This document shows, piece by piece, positions 9,959 to 19,518 of a stretch of 32,000 nt of DNA (the first letter of the stretch is position 1; the number at the start of each line of letters is the position of its first letter). Under the pieces are notes generated by a model. The model was not told where the DNA came from. It saw only the letters and a program-made list of their open reading frames with translations, and ran no database searches. The DNA comes from an uncultured Nitriliruptoraceae bacterium (GTDB taxonomy: Bacteria > Actinomycetota > Nitriliruptoria > Nitriliruptorales > Nitriliruptoraceae). The translations under genes and the position numbers were made by a program. The stretch lies in NCBI GenBank assembly GCA_963695235.1, contig OY968778.1, forward strand, positions 2,389,136-2,421,135, given 5' to 3'.

Positions 9959-10004
9959 CGCTGCCGGGGTGCCGGAGGTCCATGACCTCGGCGCCCCGGC
10001 AGCG
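9959..10004 (+). terminator. Strong stem-loop between amtB and glnA2-like gene (terminator, attenuator or processing site; role not established)
   Basis: CGCTGCCGGGGTGCCGGAGGTC-CAT-GACCTCGGCGCCCCGGCAGCG: 21 pairs (one G.U), one bulged G (9974), 3-nt loop, no U-tract. Confidence 0.6.
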
Positions 10005-10047
10005 CATCCGCCCGGCCGGGGTGTGGCGGCGGTGGCAGGAGCCGAGA

Positions 10048-11394
10048 GTGGACAAGCAGCAGGAATACGTGCTCCGAACGGTCGAGGAGCGCGACGTCCG
10101 GTTCATCCGGTTGTGGTTCACCGACGTGCTCGGGTACCTCAAGAGCGTCGCCATCACCGCCGCGGAGCTCGAGAACGCCTTCGACGAGGGCATCGGCTTC
10201 GACGGGTCGGCGATCGACGGCTTCGCCCGGGTGCAGGAGGCCGACATGCTGGCCGTCCCCGACGCGTCGACCTTCCAGGTGCTGCCCTGGCGTCCCGAAT
10301 CGCAGGGTGTGGCGCGGATGTTCTGCGACATCATCACCCCCGACGGGCAACCGTTCGCCGCGGACCCCCGGTACGTGCTCAAGCGGACGCTGCAGCGCGC
10401 GGCGGACATGGGCTTCACGTTCTACATCCACCCGGAGATGGAGTTCTTCCTCTTCAAGGACTCCAAGACCCCTGAGCCGCTCGACAACGGCTCGTACTTC
10501 GACATGACCCCGCTCGACGTCCAGCAGGACTTCCGCCGGCAGGCGATCAACACCCTCGAACGGATGGGCATCAGCGTCGAGTTCTCGCACCACGAGGTCG
10601 CACCCTCCCAGCACGAGATCGACCTGCGCTACGCGGACGCGTTGACGATGGCGGACAACGTCATGACCTTCCGCCTCGTCGTGAAGGAGACCGCGCTCCA
10701 GCGGGGCGTGTACGCGACCTTCATGCCCAAGCCCCTGGAGGGGGAGTGGGGCAACGCCATGCACCTGCACCTGTCGCTGTTCGAGGGCGACACGAACGCG
10801 TTCCACGACGCGACCCACCCCTACCACCTGTCGAAGACGGCGCAGGCGTTCACGGCGGGGCTGCTGCGCCACGCCCGTGAGATCAGCGCGGTCACGAACC
10901 AATGGGTGAACTCCTACAAGCGGCTCACCGCGCAGCTCCACGGCCCGTTGCCCTCCGGCGAGGCGCCGGTGTTCGTGTCGTGGGGGCACTCCAACCGCAG
11001 CGCGCTGATCCGGGTGCCGATGTACAAGCCACGCAAGGGCGCGTCCACGCGCATCGAGTACCGCGCACCGGACCCCGCCTGCAACCCCTACCTCGCGTTC
11101 GCCCTGATCCTCGCGGCGGGCCTGAAGGGCATCGAGGAGGGCTACGAGCTGCCACCGGAGAACGAGGACAACGCGTTCGAGCTCACCGACGCCGAACGGG
11201 CCGCCGAGGGCATCGAGGCGCTGCCCGCGAGCCTCGGGGAGGCGCTGGCCGTCATGGAGTCCTCCGAGCTCGTCGCCGAGACGTTGGGCGAGCACCTCTT
11301 CGCGCACTTCCTCGTCAACAAGCGTCGCGAGTGGCAGGAGTACCGCGCACACGTGACGCAGTTCGAGCTCGATCGCTACCTGCCGTTGTTGTAG
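10048..11394 (+). CDS. glnA: Glutamine synthetase, GlnA2-like (type I)
   Basis: VDKQQEYVLRTVEERDVRFIRLWFTDVLGYLKSVAI...GFDGSAIDGFARVQEADM...FYIHPEMEFFLF...NRSALIRVPMY...RIEYRAPDPACNPYLAF...NKRREWQEYRAHVTQFELDRYLPLL. No YDLPPEE-type adenylylation motif. GTG at 10048. Confidence 0.94.
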   Translation: MDKQQEYVLRTVEERDVRFIRLWFTDVLGYLKSVAITAAELENAFDEGIGFDGSAIDGFARVQEADMLAVPDASTFQVLPWRPESQGVARMFCDIITPDGQPFAADPRYVLKRTLQRAADMGFTFYIHPEMEFFLFKDSKTPEPLDNGSYFDMTPLDVQQDFRRQAINTLERMGISVEFSHHEVAPSQHEIDLRYADALTMADNVMTFRLVVKETALQRGVYATFMPKPLEGEWGNAMHLHLSLFEGDTNAFHDATHPYHLSKTAQAFTAGLLRHAREISAVTNQWVNSYKRLTAQLHGPLPSGEAPVFVSWGHSNRSALIRVPMYKPRKGASTRIEYRAPDPACNPYLAFALILAAGLKGIEEGYELPPENEDNAFELTDAERAAEGIEALPASLGEALAVMESSELVAETLGEHLFAHFLVNKRREWQEYRAHVTQFELDRYLPLL

Positions 11395-11402
11395 GGCGCG
11401 AC

Positions 11403-14400
11403 GTGGCCGCGCGCGCGCGAACGCTCCGAGGCCGCCTGGCGTCGGCCGGGGTCGACGTGTCGGCGGCCCTGCCCGCCCTGGTGCGGGCGGGCCTCGTCCG
11501 CAGCGGTGACGGCGGGCTGCTGCCGCCGGGAGCCGAGGTCCCGGTGCACGCCGTCGTGGACGACGACGTCCTGCTCGTGCTCTCGGAGGCCGCGGCACCC
11601 GACGACGCACTGGAGTGCCTGGTCGCCGTCGCGGAGCAGTCCCCGGCGCTGTTCGCCGCGGCACGGGACGACGGCGACTGGCTGCGACGCATCGGAGCCG
11701 TCGCAGGGGTGTCGCGGCCCCTCGGCGAGTTGCTGGCGCGCTTCCCCGACGCGGTGGAGGCGTTGCGCACGCTCGACGGCGTCGATGTCGCCTCGACCGC
11801 GTCGGCCGTCGAGGCCGCTGTGCGCGCGGGCGACGACCCGGCCGCGCAGGCGGCGGGCATCGCCGCGATCCGGCGCCGCGCCACGGCCGACATCGCGGCT
11901 CGGGATCTCACTGGCGTCACCGACCTCCCGGCGGTCGCGGCGGAGCTCGCGGGCCTCGCCGAGGCGGTGCTGACGGGGACGCTCGAGGCGGTGCACGGTC
12001 GGCTCGGCGGGGCGGACCGGGCCGCACGCATCGCCGTCATCGGCATGGGCAAGCTCGGTGGTCGCGAGCTCAACTACGTCTCGGACGTGGACGTCGTGTT
12101 CGTGCACGCGGCCACCGACGGGCACGACGACGCGGAGGCGGGCCGCGAGGCGCGTCAGGTGCTGTCGCACCTGCTGGAGCTGCTCAACAGCTCGACGACC
12201 ATGGGTCGCGCCTACGAGGTCGACCCGACCTTGCGTCCCGAGGGCCGAAGCGGGCCGCTCTCGCGGACGGTCGCGTCCTACGCGGCCTACTGGGAGCGTT
12301 GGGCGAAGACGTGGGAGTTCCAGGCGCTGTTGAAGGCACGCCCCGTCGCCGGTGATCACGAGCTCGGCGCGTCGTTGCTGGCCGCCGCGGAACCGTTCCT
12401 GTGGCCCGAGCGGCTCGATCCCGACGTCGTCGCGGAGATCCGTGCGATGAAGGCCCGGATCGAGGCGAAGCCCGAGGTGGTGCGACACCGTGAACGCCAG
12501 CTCAAGCTGGGCCCCGGCGGGATCCGTGACATCGAGTTCGCCGTGCAGCTCCTGCAACTCGTGCACGGGCGGGGCGATCCGTCCCTGCGTGAGACGGGGA
12601 CGCTTCCTGCCCTGGACGCGCTGGTGCGCAACGGCTATGTGGACGAGGACGACGCGGCTTCGTTCGCCGAGGCGTACCGGCGGCTGCGCACGGTCGAGCA
12701 CCGCCTGCAACTCGCCAACGAACGGCGAACACACACGATCCCCGAGGACCCCGAGCGGCAGGAGTGGCTCGCCCGCTCGTTGGGCTACCGGGCCGAGGGG
12801 GACACCGCGGCCCGGGCGCCGATGCTCCGTGACCTCAAACGGGTGCAGACCCAGGTCAGCGAGCTGCACGCCAAGCTCTTCTACCGGCCCCTGCTGGAGA
12901 CCTACGCCACCGTTCCGATCGCCGCCACCGGCGTCAGCATGCCCGTCGAGGTGTCGGGGATGACCGACGACGCAGCGGTCGAGCGGCTCGAGGCGTTGGG
13001 GTTCCGGAACGGCGGCGCTGCACTCCGGGACGTGCGGGCGGTCACCACAGGCCTGTCCCGTCGGGCCATCACGGCTCGGGCCGTGCTCCCGGCCGTGCTC
13101 CAGGTGTTGCAGGACGCGCCGGATCCCGACACCGGGTTGTCGACCTTCCGCGAGCTCGTCGAGGCGCAGGGAGAGTCCGCCGAGCTGCTCGGGTACCTGC
13201 GGGACCACCCGGCGGCAGCGGACCTCGTCGGACGGGTGCTCGGCACGAGTCGGGTGGCCGGCGAGCTGCTGCTCCGGCTGCCGCAGGGGGTCGACTGGCT
13301 CCGAGACGACCGCCTGCGCGACGAGCCGCGGACGCGCGACGAGCTGGTCCGCATGGCGGTCGCCAGGCTGCACTGGCAGGACACCACGGACGCGCTCCGG
13401 CGTTTCAAGCGCCTCGAGCTGCTCCGGATCGTCCTGCGCGACATCGCGGGTGAGGCGACCGTGCGAGGGGTGGGGGAGGAGCTCACTGCGCTCGGCGAGG
13501 CGTGCCTCACGGGTGCGCTGCGCGCCGAGCTCAGGCGGCAGGCGCAGCGACGCGGCCTGGCATCGCCCGACGAGCTGCCGGTCGGCATCGCGATCGTGGG
13601 CATGGGCAAGCTCGGGGGGCAGGAGCTGCACTACGTCTCGGACCTCGACGTGCTCTTCGTCCACGAGGCGGTGGCCGGCACCTCGGAGCGGGAGGCCACG
13701 GCCCTCGCACTCGAGGTGGCAGGCAACGTGCTCCGCAGCCTGTCCGACATCACCGCGGAGGGCACCGCCTTCGAGGTCGACGCGGACCTCCGACCGGAAG
13801 GCAAGAACGGCCCGCTCTCGCGCTCCTTCTCGTCGTACCGGGCCTACTGGGACCGGTGGGCGGAGCCCTGGGAGCACCAGGCGCTGCTGCGCGCCCGCCA
13901 CGTCGCGGGGGACCGTGACCTGGGCACGCGGCTCGTCCAGGCCGCGGAGCCCTACGCCTACCCCGCCGACGGCGACGGCGCGCTCCGGATGCGTCGCATG
14001 AAGGCGCGGCTCGAGAAGGAGCGGATCCCGCGACGGGTCGACCCCGAACGGCATCTGAAGCTCGGACCCGGCGGGCTGTCCGACGTCGAGTGGACGGTAC
14101 AGCTGCTCCAGCGACGGCATGGCGCCCGCCACGCAGCGGCACGGCATCCCGGCACGATGGCGGCGTTGGACGTGCTCCAGGACGACGGACTGATCGACCA
14201 CCGGGACGCGGTGTGGCTGCGGGACGGCTACCGGTTCCTCTCGCAGCTGCGCAACCGGCTGTACCTGTTGCGCCATCGGGACGTCGACGTACTGCCCGTG
14301 TCCCAGGCCCAGCTCGAGACGCTCGCCCGGTCGCTCGGATACGGGCGCGGTGCCTGGCAGGAGCTCGACGGGGAGCGCCGTCGTCATGCTCGGCACGTCC

Positions 14401-14441
14401 GATCGGTCTGCGAGCGGGTGTTCTACGGGACCGACCCGTGA
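11403..14441 (+). CDS. glnE: Bifunctional [glutamine synthetase] adenylyltransferase/deadenylyltransferase
   Basis: Two nucleotidyltransferase domains: AVIGMGKLGGRELNYVSDVDVVFVH and AIVGMGKLGGQELHYVSDLDVLFVH; RPEGRSGPLSRT and RPEGKNGPLSRS; KLGPGGIRDIEFAVQLLQ and KLGPGGLSDVEWTVQLLQ. Start taken as GTG 11403, 9 nt after glnA2. Confidence 0.94.
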   Translation: MAARARTLRGRLASAGVDVSAALPALVRAGLVRSGDGGLLPPGAEVPVHAVVDDDVLLVLSEAAAPDDALECLVAVAEQSPALFAAARDDGDWLRRIGAVAGVSRPLGELLARFPDAVEALRTLDGVDVASTASAVEAAVRAGDDPAAQAAGIAAIRRRATADIAARDLTGVTDLPAVAAELAGLAEAVLTGTLEAVHGRLGGADRAARIAVIGMGKLGGRELNYVSDVDVVFVHAATDGHDDAEAGREARQVLSHLLELLNSSTTMGRAYEVDPTLRPEGRSGPLSRTVASYAAYWERWAKTWEFQALLKARPVAGDHELGASLLAAAEPFLWPERLDPDVVAEIRAMKARIEAKPEVVRHRERQLKLGPGGIRDIEFAVQLLQLVHGRGDPSLRETGTLPALDALVRNGYVDEDDAASFAEAYRRLRTVEHRLQLANERRTHTIPEDPERQEWLARSLGYRAEGDTAARAPMLRDLKRVQTQVSELHAKLFYRPLLETYATVPIAATGVSMPVEVSGMTDDAAVERLEALGFRNGGAALRDVRAVTTGLSRRAITARAVLPAVLQVLQDAPDPDTGLSTFRELVEAQGESAELLGYLRDHPAAADLVGRVLGTSRVAGELLLRLPQGVDWLRDDRLRDEPRTRDELVRMAVARLHWQDTTDALRRFKRLELLRIVLRDIAGEATVRGVGEELTALGEACLTGALRAELRRQAQRRGLASPDELPVGIAIVGMGKLGGQELHYVSDLDVLFVHEAVAGTSEREATALALEVAGNVLRSLSDITAEGTAFEVDADLRPEGKNGPLSRSFSSYRAYWDRWAEPWEHQALLRARHVAGDRDLGTRLVQAAEPYAYPADGDGALRMRRMKARLEKERIPRRVDPERHLKLGPGGLSDVEWTVQLLQRRHGARHAAARHPGTMAALDVLQDDGLIDHRDAVWLRDGYRFLSQLRNRLYLLRHRDVDVLPVSQAQLETLARSLGYGRGAWQELDGERRRHARHVRSVCERVFYGTDP

Positions 14442-14517
14442 GTCGGCGTCGCGCCCTCCCGTAGGCCGTACGCTGGCGCTCGGTGGCGGACGCGGCATCC
14501 GAGAGCAGCGGGCGAGG

Positions 14518-15465
14518 GTGACGATCGTGTGGCGTGAGGGAGAGGTGCGCGGCGGCGAGACGCGGTTCTTCGTCCGTGCACCGCACGCCGGGAAGCGCGA
14601 TCCGTTCGCAGCACCTGCCGACGAGGACGACCGGCTGGCCCTCCTCCTGCACGGCTGGCCGCAGGACGGCACGTGCTGGCGGTCGGTCGCTCCCGCGCTC
14701 GCCGACGCCGGGTATCGCGTCGTGTGCCCTGACCTGAAGGGCTTCGGGCGCTCGGACGCGCCCCGCCGCGGATACGACCCCGCCACGCTGGCGGACGAGA
14801 TCAGCCAGCTGATCCGGGCGCTCGGTGGTCGCAAGGCGCTGCTGGTCGGGCACGACTGGGGTGGAGCCGTGGCATTGGCGACGGCGTTCCGCCACCCCGG
14901 CCGGGTCCGTGCGCTCGTCAGCGTGTCGTCGCCGTTCCGGCAGATCGACCTCACCGCCGCGTGGCACATCCCACTGTTGAACGTCCCGCTCCTGCCGGAG
15001 CTCGCCTTCCGCTTCGCCGCGCGGCCACTGACGCGGGGCGCGCTCCGCTACGCCTCGGAGGTGGACGGGGTCTTCGGCGACGCCGAGGTCGCCCGCTACG
15101 CCGGCGCGGTCGCGAGCGCGCCACGTGGCTGGCTCTCGTACTACCGGACGCTCTCACGCAGGGCGGTCGTCGACGGTGCGGTCCGCACCATCCGACGACG
15201 CGTACCGCTGCTCCCTTCCCCGGCGGGACCACACCGTCTGCGCGTGCCGGCGACGGTCGTGTGGGGGGCGCGCGATCGCATCACCCCTCCGCACCTCGCC
15301 CCCGGGGTGGCCGAGGACCTGGATGCGGCGCTCGTGCTCGTGCCCGGTGCCGGTCATTTCGTCCCCGAGGAGGCGCCCGAGCCGCTGGTGCGCGCGGTGC
15401 TCGACCTCGCGGGCCCCGCCGACGGCCGGGACGGCGAGGTGCGCGGCCAGAGGCGGTCCTCGTGA
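14518..15465 (+). CDS. Alpha/beta hydrolase, epoxide hydrolase-like
   Basis: LALLLHGWPQDGTCWRSVAPALADAGYRVVCPDLKGFGRSDAP...ALLVGHDWGGAVALATAFRHP...PGAGHFVPEEAPE. Confidence 0.88.
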   Translation: MTIVWREGEVRGGETRFFVRAPHAGKRDPFAAPADEDDRLALLLHGWPQDGTCWRSVAPALADAGYRVVCPDLKGFGRSDAPRRGYDPATLADEISQLIRALGGRKALLVGHDWGGAVALATAFRHPGRVRALVSVSSPFRQIDLTAAWHIPLLNVPLLPELAFRFAARPLTRGALRYASEVDGVFGDAEVARYAGAVASAPRGWLSYYRTLSRRAVVDGAVRTIRRRVPLLPSPAGPHRLRVPATVVWGARDRITPPHLAPGVAEDLDAALVLVPGAGHFVPEEAPEPLVRAVLDLAGPADGRDGEVRGQRRSS

Positions 15466-16169
15466 GCCGCCACCCCGACGGCGTCGTGTTCGACTGTGAC
15501 GGCACCATCGCCGACACCGAGTCGCTCGCCGACCTGGCCTGGACAGAGGCGCTCGCCGACCGGGGCTACGAGGTCACCCGCGAGGACCTCGCGGCGGTGA
15601 TCGGGCACCCGTTCGGGCAGAACTGGGAGTACTTCTCCGCCCGCGCCTCGCTCGGCGAGCACGACGCCTTCCGCTCGCGGTTGCGAGAGCGGTTCACCGA
15701 GCTGTTGGACGGCCAGCTGCGTTTCCACACGGACGTCGTCGGGGTGATCCGCGAGCTCGGCGCCGCCGGCGTGCCGCTCGCGGTCGCCTCGTCGTCCTCT
15801 CACGCACACGTCCGCCGTGTGCTGGAGCGTGGAGGGATCCAGACGTTCGTCCGAGCGGTCGTCGGTGCGGACGACGTCACGGAGCACAAGCCGTCACCGC
15901 GCCCCTACCTCGTGGCGGCGCGCCACCTCGGTGTCCCCCCGGACCGGTGCAGCGCCGTCGAGGACACGCCCGTCGGGGTTGCGTCCGCCACTGCGGCTGG
16001 ACTGTTCACCGTCGCCGTCGTGCGCGACCACGGGGATCCGGTCGCACTCGCGGCCGCGGACCGCGTCGTCTCGGAGCTCCGCACGTCCGACCTGGTCCCC
16101 GGGACGCAGGGTCGCGCTGCCGACCGGCAGCGGGCGGTCGGTGGGGGAGGAGCGTGGGCCGGTGGGTGA
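15462..16169 (+). CDS. HAD-superfamily hydrolase (beta-phosphoglucomutase-like)
   Basis: VFDCDGTIADTESL...GVPLAVASSSSHAHVRRVLE...VGADDVTEHKPSPRPYLVAARHLGVPPDRCSAVEDTPVGVASATAAG. GTG 15462 overlaps the previous stop. Confidence 0.88.
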   Translation: MSRHPDGVVFDCDGTIADTESLADLAWTEALADRGYEVTREDLAAVIGHPFGQNWEYFSARASLGEHDAFRSRLRERFTELLDGQLRFHTDVVGVIRELGAAGVPLAVASSSSHAHVRRVLERGGIQTFVRAVVGADDVTEHKPSPRPYLVAARHLGVPPDRCSAVEDTPVGVASATAAGLFTVAVVRDHGDPVALAAADRVVSELRTSDLVPGTQGRAADRQRAVGGGGAWAGG

Positions 16170-16710
16170 GGCGTTGCTGACGTCCGACGCCGCCCACGGG
16201 GCCGTCGACCTGGGTCTGTTGCTGCTACGGGTCGTCGTGGGGGTCGTGTTCTCGTTGCACGGGTTCCAGAAGCTGTTCGGCTGGTTCGGTGGCGGTGGCG
16301 TGGACGCCACGACCCGCTGGTTCGCGTCGCTCGGCTTCACCGGGGGTCGCCCGGCCACGGTGTTCGCGGCCCTGTCGGAGATCGGTGGCGGGCTGGGGCT
16401 GGCCAGCGGGTTCCTGACCCCGTTGGCCGCCGCGGCGGTGATCGGCACGATGACGGCGGCGGCGTTCGTGAACCACCACAGCAAGGGGTTCTGGTCGGCG
16501 AAGAACGGGTGGGAGCTGAACCTGTACCTCATCGCCGTCGCGAGCGGTCTGGCCATCACCGGCCCCGGGGCCTGGTCGCTCGACGCGCTCCTCGAGCCGC
16601 CCGTGCGCTCCGGTGCGATCACGGGCACCGTGGCGATCGCGGTCGGGATCGCCGCTGGTTGGCTGCGCTGGGCCACCCGCCGCCCGACGGCGCCCTCCTC
16701 GGATGGGTGA
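16162..16710 (+). CDS. DoxX family membrane protein
   Basis: LLLLRVVVGVVFSLHGFQKLFGWFGGGG...AALSEIGGGLGLASGFLTPLAAAAVIGTMTAAAFVNHHSKGFWSAKNGWELNLYLIA. Confidence 0.88.
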   Translation: MGEALLTSDAAHGAVDLGLLLLRVVVGVVFSLHGFQKLFGWFGGGGVDATTRWFASLGFTGGRPATVFAALSEIGGGLGLASGFLTPLAAAAVIGTMTAAAFVNHHSKGFWSAKNGWELNLYLIAVASGLAITGPGAWSLDALLEPPVRSGAITGTVAIAVGIAAGWLRWATRRPTAPSSDG

Positions 16711-17350
16711 CGACGCGCTCCGCCGCTCGCGAGGCGGTCGGGTGCAGCTGCGCGGACGTTCGTTGCCCTCGCGGGTCGCGCAGCTGTGGGGCGGGCTCGT
16801 GCTCTTCGGGCTCAGCCTCGCGATGATCGTCGAGGCGGGTCTCGGCCTGGCGCCGTGGGACGTCCTGCACGAGGGGCTCGCGCGCGTGACACCGCTGAGC
16901 ATCGGGACGTGGGTCGTGCTCGTGTCGCTCGTCGTGCTGCTGCTGTGGGTGCCGCTCCGGCAGCGGCCGGGCTTCGGGACGATCAGCAACGCGCTGCTGG
17001 TCGGGATCGCGCTCGATCTGTGGCTCGTCGTCCTGCCGAGCTTCACGACCCTCCCGGCGCGCGTGGCGGCGCTGGTGGGCGGCGTCGCGCTGAACGCCGT
17101 GGCGACCGCTGCCTACATCGGGGCACGCATGGGGCCCGGGCCACGCGACGGCCTGATGACGGGGCTCGGTGCGCGCGGCTTCTCGATCCGCGTCGCGCGT
17201 ACCGCGATCGAGGGCGGCGTGTTGCTCCTGGGATTCCTGCTCGGCGGCACCGTCGGCGTCGGGACGATCGTGTACGCCGTCGGCATCGGACCCCTCGTCC
17301 ACCCGTTGCTGCCGCTGTTCGAGCACCGCGAGCGGCGTCCACACGCGTGA
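16703..17350 (+). CDS. YczE/YitT-like integral membrane protein
   Basis: LWGGLVLFGLSLAMIVEAGLGLAPWDVLHEGLARVTPLSIGTWVVLVSLVVLLLWVPLRQRPGFGTISNALLVGIALDLWL; GPGPRDGLMTGLGARG. Confidence 0.8.
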   Translation: MGDDALRRSRGGRVQLRGRSLPSRVAQLWGGLVLFGLSLAMIVEAGLGLAPWDVLHEGLARVTPLSIGTWVVLVSLVVLLLWVPLRQRPGFGTISNALLVGIALDLWLVVLPSFTTLPARVAALVGGVALNAVATAAYIGARMGPGPRDGLMTGLGARGFSIRVARTAIEGGVLLLGFLLGGTVGVGTIVYAVGIGPLVHPLLPLFEHRERRPHA

Positions 17351-17469
17351 CCTGGTCAGCCGTACAACCGCCGGAACGGCCGTGTCGAAGCGCGACCTCC
17401 GATGTCAGACTTCGGTGGTCGCGAGCTCGTCACCGGCGAGCGGCACGCGACCCGACAGGGAGGCTTTCC

Positions 17470-17628
17470 ATGCTGGCACTCGGACTGGTCCTGCTCCTGC
17501 TCGACCTGCTTTTGCTCGGTACGGGCATCCTGGCCACGATCGGGTGGATCCTGATCGTGGTGGGGCTGATCCTGCTGGTGCTGGGCTCCCTCGACCGCTC
17601 GATCGGCCCCCGCCGCTACTACTACTGA
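17470..17628 (+). CDS. Small hydrophobic membrane protein (52 aa)
   Basis: MLALGLVLLLLDLLLLGTGILATIGWILIVVGLILLVLGSLDRSIGPRRYYY; two predicted TM segments. Independent small gene in the frame of the over-long ORF 16786..17628. Confidence 0.6.
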   Translation: MLALGLVLLLLDLLLLGTGILATIGWILIVVGLILLVLGSLDRSIGPRRYYY

Positions 17629-17651
17629 CCCCGCGCGGTCGAAGACGGTGA

Positions 17652-17691
17652 TCGTGCGAGAACCTGGAGATACGGCCAGGTTCTCGCACGA
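17652..17691. terminator. Stem-loop 1 of a paired hairpin element between convergent genes
   Basis: TCGTGCGAGAACCTGG-AGATACGG-CCAGGTTCTCGCACGA, 16-bp perfect stem, 8-nt loop. Confidence 0.75.
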
Positions 17692-17716
17692 CGGACCCTC
17701 AGCGGGCCGAGGCGCT

Positions 17717-17748
17717 GCGAGAACCTGGAAGCATCTCCAGGTTCTCGC
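17717..17748. terminator. Stem-loop 2 of the paired hairpin element
   Basis: GCGAGAACCTGGA-AGCATC-TCCAGGTTCTCGC, 13-bp perfect stem, 6-nt loop; shares the GCGAGAACCTGG/CCAGGTTCTCGC arms with stem-loop 1. Confidence 0.75.
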
Positions 17749-17757
17749 GTCCGCCCG

Positions 17758-19191
<1,434 letters not shown>

Positions 19192-19421
19192 CTTCTCGCT
19201 CCTCGTGTGGTGTATGTGGCAGGTGGACGAGGCGCCCGCAGCCGACGCGGCCCGGCGTCCGCCGGGTCACCGAGGTGCCTCGCCGCAGCGTCGGGCCGCG
19301 GTTGGGACTCGGCGGGGCGCCCCGCCCGTCTCGTGCGACCTGCCGGCCCCACGGGACATCTCCTGCGGCGCGGACGCTACGAGCACGCTGTGCCGCCGGC
19401 ATGTCCCGTCCGTTACGGGCG

Positions 19422-19437
19422 TGTTACACGGCCGACC
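19422..19437 (-). promoter_or_regulatory. Candidate GlnR-type half-site pair upstream of glnA
   Basis: Minus strand GTAAC-ACGCCC-GTAAC (11-bp phasing), compatible with the published gTnAC-n6-GnAAC GlnR consensus; about 230 bp upstream of glnA and about 80 bp upstream of the MscS gene. Confidence 0.3.
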
Positions 19438-19518
19438 CTGGCACCCCCCCGGACGGACCGAGCAGGGTCCCGTTAGCCTGCCACGGACGCGACGCCGCAC
19501 ACGACGGTTGGGAACCCG

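Noticed and set aside
9982-10047. ATG at 9982 as the start of the GlnA2-like protein
   Set aside because: It lies within the hairpin (its loop and right arm), adds MTSAPRQRIRPAG... which is not GS-like, and GS homologues begin at the (M/V)DKQQE.. position (GTG 10048).
8490-10418. 642-aa minus-strand ORF across amtB and glnA2
   Set aside because: Shadow ORF over two confidently identified coding genes; no recognisable domain.
10902-11402. 5' extension of the glnE ORF upstream over glnA2
   Set aside because: Out-of-frame reading of glnA2; glnE homology begins only after the glnA2 stop, so the start was moved to 11403.
11376-14969. 1197-aa ORF on the minus strand antisense to glnE
   Set aside because: Low-complexity Arg/Pro/Ser/Ala-rich translation, fully overlaps the well-supported glnE and hydrolase genes; typical GC-rich shadow ORF.
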